From: Camelus dromedarius
Taxonomy: Eukaryota
Direction of reading: 5' to 3'
DNA: 64,000 bases
Assembly: GCF_036321535.1 (NCBI RefSeq)
Contig: NC_087436.1
Span: 111,788,001 to 111,852,000, forward strand
This document shows positions 52,236 to 61,984 of the stretch, piece after piece; position 1 is the stretch's first letter; each line of letters opens with the position of its first letter. The translations under genes were made by a program, and so were the position numbers. The notes under the pieces are model-generated. The model was not told the origin of the DNA. It searched no databases and was given only the letters and a program-made list of their open reading frames with translations.

Positions 52236-52692
52236 GCTTTTGTGGATTGAATCTTGTCTCCCATACATATGCATTTAGGTCCTAAACCCCAGTACCTGTG
52301 GATGTGACCTTATATAGAAATAGGGCCTCTGCAGATGTAATCAAACTAAAATGAGGTCATATGGGATTAAGGTGGGCCATAATCCAATGACTGGTGTCCT
52401 TATAAAAAGAGAGAAATTTGGACCCAGAAACAGAGACATGCAGGAAGAATGCCATGTCACTATGGAGCCAGAGATCAGAGTCTATAAGCCAAGGAACCCC
52501 AAGGACAGTGGCCATCCACCAGAAGCTAGGAAGAGATAAAGATTCTCCCCTAGAACCTTCAAGGGGAGAATGGCTCTGCCAATCTCTTGATTTTGTACTC
52601 CTAGCCTCCAGGACTGTGAGAGAATACATTCCTGTTGTTTTAAGCTAGCCAGTTTGTGATGCTTTGTTACGGCAGGCTAGGGAACCAACATA
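52236..52692 (+). mobile_element. MLT1C-like LTR
   Basis: cccagtacctgtggatgtgaccttat...gcagatgtaatcaa...aatccaatgactggtgtccttataaaaag...ttgttttaagctagccagtttgtg. Confidence 0.9.
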
Positions 52693-53279
52693 CTTGTCCC
52701 CTGCTGTTCTCCTAGTTCAGGCTTCCAACACCTCTTGCCTGGATGGCCAGCTGTAAACGCCGCCTCCGAGATCTACCTGCTCCTGCCTTGCCTCTCTGCT
52801 TTCCAGCAACTTCCACTTTGCACATTGCCACCTGAATAATCTAACGAGGATACACATAGATCATGGTCTTTCTCAGACTAAAACTCGTTGCTCTTAAGAT
52901 AAAGCCTCCACACTTTTTAACATAGCTTCTCGGCTCTCTGCCTCTTTCCTCCAACTCAGCTCACCCTCTGTTCTCAGCACATTCCCAATCTTCTAGTTGA
53001 GGGCAGTTATCATCCCTGTGGACTTCCAGAACACTGTTTACCGGCCACACATTCTACACGATATTGGAATTGCCAGTTTGTTTTTCTTCACTAAACAAGA
53101 AACAGCATGAAGAGAAGCCCTGGGCCAATCTTCATCACTGCTGTTTCCCTAGGCACAGCACTGTGCTTGGCACCCAGACATGGAAACGCTTGTTATGTTA
53201 ATTAATGCATTATCCCCTGAGTAGAGATGTGGAGACTGAGGCTCAGTGTTTGCATGAAATCCCAGATGAAATGCTGTGG

Positions 53280-53495
53280 GATTGCTAACATCATAGCCAT
53301 TCATAGCCTCAACGTATTTAATGGCATATCTTCACAACTCTGAGACGGGTTCTTTTTATTATCTGCCTTTGAGGATGGAAGAACTAAAGCACAGGAGCTT
53401 TCAAGAGATTTGCCTAAGGTGACACCACTGGTTAGCGGTGGAGCAGGAGTTTTGAACCCAGGGAGTCTGACTTCAGACTTCACAGTTTGAGCATA
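53280..53495 (-). mobile_element. MIR SINE
   Basis: gatttgcctaaggtgacaccactggttagcggtggagcaggagttttgaacccagggagtctgacttcaga. Confidence 0.8.
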
Positions 53496-53689
53496 ACTCC
53501 ATTTTCCCAGGATACTTTGGGTTAAACATTCAGATCTGGTTTTGGACCAGGTTATCTGAAAGTCATGCCTTTAATTTTGTTTCCTGAGTAGATAGTCACT
53601 ATGCGGTGTAAAGAAATGGGCGTTATTCATATACCGTCTGCACAATACTTCACTGAAGCCTAGATAGCAAAGTTCAAGTTCTGACCTCT

Positions 53690-54240
53690 CTTCATTCAAT
53701 GTCACTTAATGAGTACCTACTGCGTATGAGCCACGTGCTGCAATAGATGCTGGCCATACAGAGATGATCAAAACCAGGCACTGACCTCCAGAGCTTGCAT
53801 TCTGAGAAGACAGCCAAGCCAATAAAAATGCTGTAATTCAAAGTGATTAATACAACCATGGATTCATCTCCAACGTGAAGAGGTGGTTTCTGGAGGACTG
53901 GACTCATTCAATCTGGGAAAAGGGAGACAGGAAAAAAGCTTCTGGCTGTTGAGTTGTGAAAGATAGAAGCGTTTACCAGTAGGGAAGGGCAAGGATTTGT
54001 GAAATAGTACAGTGTTTTCTCTTTCTTTTGTTATTTAATTCTAAGCAGTTTAGTAATATCAAAACAAAACAAAGAGGGCAGAGAACAGATGGAGGAAAAG
54101 CCTGGAGCCAGAAAATAATGGGGTATCTGTATCATTCTACGAAACTTGAATTTTGCCATGGCGGTGATACAGTTACTGAAGGATTTAATGAAGAAGAGAG
54201 ACACAAAGACTTGCTTTAAACAGATCACATGGATGGCCTG
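53690..54240 (-). mobile_element. L2 fragments
   Basis: ttcattcaatgtcacttaatgagtacctactgcgtatgagcc...ctgacctccagagcttgcattct. Confidence 0.6.
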
Positions 54241-54499
54241 CTGGCATGATAAAAAGTGTATTGTGTTTATATTACACGTATGTATGTCTATTTTTTGTGT
54301 GTATGCATTTTCATGTGGGTTATTTATATGTACAGGCTACACAGACACTTCTAATATTATTCAGCTGAACTGTATGATAGTGCCATTTTTATATAAAAGG
54401 TCAAAAGTGGTCAAATATCACAATTTCAAATAGTTTGATCTGCAGTTTATAGTGTGGTAGAACTGATTTTGAAGTAAAATACTTAGGTTTGAAACTCAA

Positions 54500-54909
54500 T
54501 GTCTTAGTCTGAGTTCCCTAGAACCAGACTCTGATACTGGGACTCAAGGTCAAGGAGTTTCCTGAGCAGGTAAAGGACACGCTAGCTGGGGAGGTGACAC
54601 AGACAAGGGAAGGCAGCCACTAAAGGGTACATTATCAAGCCAGCCCCTACAGAGGGCAACAAAGGCTTACCTTCACTGAGCAAATGAGAAGGGTGAGGGG
54701 GCTGGGGTATTTATACACCTATTCCCATCAGTAGTTGTTTGAGGGCTGCTCCTTGGGGTTGCTAATGGGGCAACTCTTGCTGAGAGGCAGGCAAAGTGGC
54801 CTTCCAGGCTTCAGAGAAAGCCCCCTGTGGATGAGGATCAGATACGGGCAGTTTGAAGTCAGTCAGCCTGTATTCAAATGGTAAGGCCCAAGGGGCAGGG
54901 TCTACCACA
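54500..54909 (-). mobile_element. LTR33-like ERVL solo LTR inserted in a MIR
   Basis: tgtcttagtctgagttccctagaaccagactctga...gggaaggcagccactaaagggtacattatcaagccag...gctggggtatttatacacc; MIR halves on both sides. Confidence 0.75.
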
Positions 54910-54981
54910 CCACTTACGAGCTTAATTTTTTGAGGCTTATTTTTCTTATGAGCAGAATAGAACAAATGCCTACTTTACCTG

Positions 54982-55373
54982 GTTTTATAGGCTGAATTTT
55001 GTCCACCCTGCCCCAATTCATGTGTGGAATTCCTACCCATCAGTGCCTCAAAATGTGGCTGTATGTAGAGATAAGGTTTAAAGAGCTAAACAAGTCAAAA
55101 TTAGGTAATATGGGTGGGCTTCAATCCAAGGTACATGGTGTCCTTATCAGAGGAGGAGATTAGGGTAAAAATACACACAGAGGGGAGACCACATGAACAC
55201 CCATGGAGAAGACAGCCATCTACAAGCCAAGCAGAAAGGCCTTGGAAGAAATCAAACCTGCTAACACCTTGATTTTGAAATTCCAGCCACCAGAATCATG
55301 AGAAAATAAATTTCTGTTGTTTAAGCCCCCAGATTGTGGCACCTTGTTATGGCAGCCCTAGCAAACTAATGTA
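54982..55373 (+). mobile_element. MLT1B LTR
   Basis: gtgcctcaaaatgtggctgtat...gagaagacagccatctacaagccaag...aaataaatttctgttgtttaagcc...ggcagccctagcaaactaat. Confidence 0.9.
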
Positions 55374-56014
55374 TCTGGGGAGGATTCACACACTTTACTG
55401 TGCTCTAAACAAATATTACTAATGTACTATATTTCTAGTGCATAAACATCAAAATAAAGAGCCATCTCAAAATTTTAAGAAACACTCCCACTTTTCATCT
55501 TGCCCTTCTTGTCACTAAGCTTTCATTCCTAGTCCCAGAGAAGTCCCACAGGTACGAAATGTGAAGTGAGAATCTTGAACTTATGGGATAAGCTCTTAGA
55601 ATTGAGAAGTAACATATGCCTACCCACTGTATTCCTTGCAGTCAAATACAGCCCACTTACAGCTAATAATATTTCTTTTCTTCATCCAAGGAGGATGCCA
55701 GAGGCAGGGTCACTTGTGTGCCCTGTAGAGAAAGCTAGCTCTGTTTCCATGGTGTCACCCTAGGAATTCTGGATTGTGACTGTGGCAGGAGGAGTTAAGA
55801 TATCAGGGGTGGCCAGCTGCTCTGCACCGATGCCTAAGCAAAGGGGAACTCAGATTTCCCCTGGGGATCACAGAGTCCTCCACCACAGGTGCACTCCTGG
55901 CAGAAAGACCCCAAAAGTGTGTCCTTCCACCTTGAAATACTTCTCTTGCTAATGTCTGAAATTCTGCTACTAGCAACACATTCCTTAGTGGTAGGTAATG
56001 TTTTCCCTCTCTTT

Positions 56015-56690
56015 CTTTACATTGAAGTATAGTTATATAGGGTAAAACATGTAGATCGTAAGTGTAGAATTTGATGAGTTTTGACAGATGTATACACACC
56101 TGTGTAACCAATAGCCCACTCAAATTAATAAAACGATTCTGTCACCCTAGAAATTTCCCTCCTACCCTCTTCCCTTCATCTTCCCCTGACAACCATTGTT
56201 TTCATTCTGTACCTACAGGTTAATTTTGCCTGATCTTGAAATATTTAACAGAATCATACAATATACATTCTTTTGTGTAGGGCTTCTTTCATTCAACACA
56301 GTGTTTTTAAGATTCATTTATGTTGTTGCATATCACAGTGGCTTGTTCTTTTTTAATGCTGAGTAATATTCTACTACATAACATGCCACCATTTCTTTAT
56401 CTGTTTTCCTGTTGGTGGACATTGAGTTGTTTATCTTATTTTATTTATTTTATTTTATTTATTTTTTACTGTTGTGAATGAAGCTGCCTTGAATCTTCTT
56501 GCACAAGTCCTTTCGTGAACAGTTGCTTCCATTTCCTTTGGGAAAATGCTTTAAAGCGTCACTTTACAAAAGAATATATGCAAATGCCCAGTAAGCACAT
56601 ATAAAGATGTTCAACATCATTAATCATATAAAACAGATGCAAATTAAAATCACTGTGAGATACCACTACATCTTACTAGAATGTCTGTAT
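56015..56690 (-). mobile_element. L1M 3' end (minus, 56015-56550) joined to an inverted ORF2 piece (plus, ~56558-56685)
   Basis: aagtgtagaatttgatgagttttgacagatgtatacac (minus); caaatgcccagtaagcacatataaagatgttcaacatcatta...tgagataccactaca (plus). Confidence 0.8.
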
Positions 56691-56869
56691 TTTACGAATA
56701 TTCTCTTTGAGCAGGCAAATGAATCTGGAAAGAGTGTTTTAAAAAAATTTTTTTAATGTTCTTGTTAGGAAAGTTTTGAAATACAAAAAAGTAGAAAGAA
56801 AAGTGTAATGAACTCCCATGTACCCATCCCACAAATACAACCATTATCAGCATTTTACCATAATTACCC

Positions 56870-57657
56870 TGTGTTGTTTTTCAACAACAACCAATTCTTC
56901 AACACCAACTGGGTGTCCTACAATTTAATTCAGTTCTGACACTAACTACTGGGAATTAGCACAGACCTCACAAGTCTGGGGCTCGGTCCCATGGGACGGC
57001 CCCACTTCAGATGGATCCCCAGTTTACTTGAACTTCTGCCTAGCTGACTGCAGATTCAGGGGTTCCCATGCTTGCCCTGTTTAGGTTTGATAGTCCACTG
57101 AAATGCCAAATAGAACTCAGGAAAGTGCCTTACTTACAATTGCCGTTTTATTATAATGAATACAACCCAGTAACAGGTAAATGGAGAGAGACATAGGATA
57201 AAGTGTGTGGGAGAGATGGCACAGAGCTCCACCCCTGCCCAGGCGTGCCATCCTCGCAGCACATCAGTGTGTTGACCAAGCTGGAAACTTTCTGAAACCT
57301 GATGTTTGGGGTTTTTACATGGGATTTCCTTATATGAACATGATTGACCAAATCACTGGCCATTGGTAATTGAACTCAATTTCTAATCCCTTTCCCCTCC
57401 CCAAAGATTGAGGATGGGGCTGAAAGTTCTAACACTCTAATGACAGGGTTGATTCCTCGAGTGACTAGCCTCCATCCGGAAGCCATCTAGGGGCACCACC
57501 ATGAATCACCTCATTAACGTAAACTCAGATGTGGTCAAGAGAGGCTTTTTATGAAAACAAGAAACAGTCCCATCACTTAGGAAATTCCAAGAGTTTTAGG
57601 AGCTCTGTGCCAGGAACAGGGGACAAAGACCAAATACATACTTCTTCTTATACCACA
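56870..57657 (-). mobile_element. MER21-family LTR nested in an old L1ME (~56740-58130)
   Basis: caacaccaactgggtgtcctacaatttaattcagttctgacacta...catgattgaccaaatcactggccattggtaattgaactcaat...gtgccaggaacaggggacaaagaccaaata. Confidence 0.85.
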
Positions 57658-58767
57658 AAACCCAACTATGCCTTGTTTGTATGTTTATTTTGTTGTAGTA
57701 TTTTAAAGAAAATCTTTTTACATCACATTATTCTACCCTCAATTAAGGACATTTCATACACAACCAAAATACTATTTTCATCCCTAAGAACAGTAATAAC
57801 ATAATGTTATCTAATACGCTCTCCAAACTCAGATTTCCCTAATCATCTCAAAAATAACTTTGTAACAGGTTTACACACTGCATTTGGTTGTAATATATTT
57901 TTAAGTCTCTTTTGTCCTACCCTCTCCCTTCTTTCCCATGTCACTGACTTACTAAAGAAACCAGGTCAGTTGCCCAAAGAACCAACAATATCATTGATAT
58001 CATTTTGCTTGCTTCTCTAGCTCTGTCTTTTCTTTAAACAAAAAGTTCAATCTAAAAGACTAGAGTTCATGCTCAACATTTTTTAAAGCAAGAACACTTC
58101 ATAGGTGGTGTCATTTATTTTGAAAAGCTTTTAAAAATTTTTTTATTTATTTAATTTATTTTTTTAGTGTCTACATATTTTCAGTTCCGGGAACCACAAA
58201 GGTAAATACCATATGTCATGGTCCTGCCATTAACGATCTTACAGCCTCATAGGAGACAAAGGCATGTGAACCAATCAATGAAACAGTATAAGGGCCACGG
58301 AGGATTTGGGTGGGGATATAAATTCTGATGGGGCACCAAGGCTCCACGAGGACGTGAGAAATGAGCTGGCTCTGGAGGCAAGAGCAGGGTCTACCCACCA
58401 AAGGAGAGAGAGTGGGGTGGGGCACGCTGAGCTTGGGACCCGCACCTCTAAAGGAGGAGACACAGGGATTCACTGGAGCAGGTTGTGCAGGACCTCAGAT
58501 GCCAAATCAAGGAATTTGGACTTTATCTTTTGAGCATTGGCAAGTCTGGGAAGGACTTTAATCGAGAGTGATTTTCAGCCTTGTGTGTAGTTCTTAGTAT
58601 CTTAGTGTGAAAAGATGTTCCAGAAGTTGCCCTCCCAGCCTAAAGTGGACTCCATAAGTCCTGTTTTGACTCCTCAGCATGTGGTCCCAGACAAAAGCTT
58701 GACATTTGGCATTTTAGATGTTCCGATGCCATGTTTACTCTGCCCTTTGCCCCATTAAGGGGCCTTC

Positions 58768-58781
58768 GTAACCATGGCAAC
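58768..58781. promoter_or_regulatory. RFX X-box
   Basis: GTAACCATGGCAAC, a full match to the palindromic X-box consensus GTNRCC(N0-3)RGYAAC, in non-repetitive DNA. Confidence 0.5.
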
Positions 58782-59134
58782 AGTTTAGGCTCTCGATCCA
58801 GCACAATATAAAGAACAGAGATCTATTGTTCTGTGGACTATGTAGATAATAGTGTCTTCCTTTTCCCGGACTGCTCAGCGATGCTAATCAAGTTGTAGTG
58901 GCAGCAGACAACCCCACAGACCCAGCTGCCTATCCTTCAGGCCCTTTTTGCTCATTAATGATCGCAGGAGTAATCGTGCCACAAGCTCAGAGGAACCGAT
59001 ACACAAATGGAAGGCCCCCCCAGCTCAGGAAAACTGTGAAGGTGACTCAAGGAGAGAAACTGATTGACAATGCTGGAGCAGAGACAGGCAGTCATATGCT
59101 GCTTCACTCTTCTTGGCTGCACATAGAAGTCAGA

Positions 59135-59262
59135 GGCCAGGGGCAAGACCTTTACAAGATACAGCTTTCCAGCCCCTACCCATGCACATTTCCATCAAAG
59201 TGGGACTTAGGCACTAACTTTTCAAAATTCCCAGGTGACCCTAATGCAACTGAGTTTGCAAA
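59135..59262. mobile_element. MER5-like hAT MITE (terminus interrupted by an LTR)
   Basis: ttttcaaaattcccaggtgaccctaatgcaactgagtttg; terminal caactg resumes after 59807. Confidence 0.55.
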
Positions 59263-59807
59263 TATAGGAGAGGGAAAAACAAACAAACAAACAAACTTTC
59301 CTCTACCATATTAGGTTCAGTATCTGAGGTCTGTGAATTAAACTGACAAAGAACAGTGGTGGATTTTTTTTTTTTTGAGGCTTCAAAGAAAAGAAGTGAA
59401 AACCCCAAAGAGATGGTTGGACCCAGGGGCCTATATACCATTTTAACAAAAAGTGATAAAGAGTGAAGAGGAGACTAGACAAAGAAAAGGGGAGTTTGGA
59501 TCTTCTGGAGAGATGGTGAGTTGTGGGGAGAGGACTAGGCTAAATGAGTTGTTTGGTAAGGCTCGTTATGTGGACTCAAGTCTCTCTGGTGATAAGTTGT
59601 CTCTTGAGACTATTTCCTCTTTCAGGACAAGAGAGGAAACTTTTACAAGTGTAAATTTTCTTCACAAAAGGGAATTCTATGCCCTACTTTTAGGCAGAAA
59701 GGCCAGAGAACTCCTCCTGTGTTCCCTGTTTCTAATTGACCTTCAGCTCAAGATAATCCCAATGCCAAAGTGGCATGTTCTAGAACAGCATATTCTGATC
59801 GCTTTCA
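59263..59807 (-). mobile_element. MER34-like ERV1 solo LTR
   Basis: Minus strand begins tgaaagcgatcagaatatgctg...catgccactttggcattgggattatcttgagctgaagg; flanks caaa / caag look like a 4-bp TSD. Confidence 0.75.
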
Positions 59808-60719
59808 CAAGCAACTGAGCAGAGGAAAGTCAACTTAGACAGCCATGGAGGGAGGGGACAGGCTAAACGTAAGATCAAGCACTAAACTTCTCAGCAGCCT
59901 GAGAAGAGTTGGGAGAGGAGTCCCCTAAGTGGGTTACAGAGATACACCTGTTATGAGAACAAAGAGTTCCTCCAAAGCAAGGGCTGCTGGGAGAGAGTCC
60001 GACAGACTTCACGGTTTCGCTAGGCATTGGTCAATAGGCTGCTTCAGGCACAGCACACTGAGCTCCCGCCAGCACCTAGCAGCAGAGGGGCGGCATGGAA
60101 TCCACCGCTCTGAGCCCCCGGCATCAACAGTCCTGGTGCTCCTTAGTGGAGAGATCTGGCCGTACGTTGAGCTTGTTTGGAACGTTTGGAAGGCAACAGA
60201 GAATGTGTGCTCTGGATGAAAGCAACTCATTAAATAACAAAAACAACCTGAGCTGCAACCCACCAGGAGTTTAGGGCGCCCTGTGAGAAAAAATGTACCA
60301 AGTGTAATATGGGCCTACAGGGTTCTGTTGGACTCCATTGAAACAACAGGGGTGTCGCTTTGCCAAAAGACCGAGGACACCACGTGTTAGTATTATGAAC
60401 TCCAACTCTGGGTGGTTTTCCCTACAACATAAACTCTTACCGACGCTTAATCACTCAGGGCTCTAGAGAAGGGACTCGAAGTGAAGCTCTTACCATAATA
60501 GGAGTTTGGTTTCTTTTGCTCCAAACCCCCATCAACACCCCAATCTCTTTTTCTAGAACTCCTAGCATACATTGAGGTCCATGCTTCTTTGCTTATTGAT
60601 AAACTGAGTGGGTGTGAGCAGAAACAATCATTTGGGAAGCCTCAGGAGGCGTGGACAACTATTTACAGAGGCCAGTAAAAATAAAAAAAATCAATCAGCA
60701 AATATTACTAAACACTTTG

Positions 60720-60925
60720 TTTATATTTCTCTGCTCTTTAATTTTTTCCCAGGGCACCTTTCACCATCTAATATAATTCATTCGTTTATTAAGCATCTTG
60801 TTTAGTGTCTGTCTGCTCTTGCTACAATATAAGCTCCTTTGTGTCTGTGTTTTGTGATTGTCCCAAGACTTGGCTCAGTGCCTTGCACGCAGTAGGCACT
60901 CGGAACTACTTATTAAATGAAATTC
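60720..60925 (+). mobile_element. L2 3' end
   Basis: cttggctcagtgccttgcacgcagtaggcactcggaactacttattaaatgaa. Confidence 0.7.
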
Positions 60926-61420
60926 ATCAATGAAAAGTTAGTGGGTACTTGGTTCCTGGGAATCCGGTCACATTAACAAAATGTGATGCAAGGGCCTGAT
61001 TTACAAATCCAAGTTGCATTTTATGAATTAATACAGCCTCTTCCGGATTATTAGGAAGCAGCAGAAGTTTGTTGACGCAGGTCCGTTCAGAGGGCAGATC
61101 CGCGTGAGCTGTCAGCACGGTGGGCTAGGAAGAGCGCAGAGAGCTCCAGGGTTCTTTAAAGCTGTTTTCATCTAACTGGGTGCTGCAAACAAAACTTTTT
61201 CCCACTTTGGGGACTTCTCTGTTTGGATCATTGGAACCTGCTTCACTTCATTTGCAAACTAACTCAGTGAATGTATTATGATCTGTGATGATTGGAATAG
61301 CAATTTTAGAAGTGAAGAAACAGTGTTCCTTTAGATTCTAGATTGTTACCTCCCCGAGAGCAGTGACCCAGTTTTTCAGGGCTGGCATACAGAAGGTGCT
61401 TTCGTTTATATTTGTATACA

Positions 61421-61482
61421 TATATAAATTTGCAAATTTATATACATATATAACTTAGCAAATATATACATATATTTGCTAA
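61421..61482. repeat. Two adjacent AT-rich palindromes
   Basis: tatataaatttg|caaatttatata (perfect 24 bp) and ttagcaaatatat-ac-atatatttgctaa (13-bp arms). Confidence 0.95.
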
Positions 61483-61984
61483 ATGGAACCAAATAACGTC
61501 CCCAGTTCATAGATGTAAAAGTCCAGGTTTGAACTGGATCCATTCTCTTCCCGCTTCCCAGGCTGATGATAGCCATGATTCCTGAAGTCTTCTGAGTGTT
61601 GTCTGTGTGCCAGGAACTATTCTAAATACTTTGTGTTTTATAATTCAAACTTGTGGTGAGAAGGAATTTAAGTCCAAGCTGTCTCCTTGCAGGGCATAGC
61701 TTGTCTGTGTATTTTCTTGTCCATGAGATTGGCTTTTGTGCATATAAAACACTACTCAGGAGTTGTATTTTGCCTTAAATAATTGTATTCACACAAGATT
61801 TTGTATATATTTCCCTGTGCTATACTGTATAATCTTCTTTATCTCTTCTACATTTTGAAATCCAATTTATTAAAGTTATGGATTCACAAAACTTAGTTCT
61901 TTTTTAGGCTTTTAGTTTCATCTGATAAATTTATGCTATAGATCTAGCAAATTTTAGCAATTATTGCATTTATTTCTATAAAGT

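Noticed and set aside
58812..58832. AGAACA...TGTTCT inverted repeat resembling a glucocorticoid/androgen response element
   Set aside because: Spacer is 9 nt rather than the required 3
58898..59314. 138-aa ORF downstream of the X-box
   Set aside because: Starts at GTG and runs into MER5-like and LTR sequence; no protein similarity recognised
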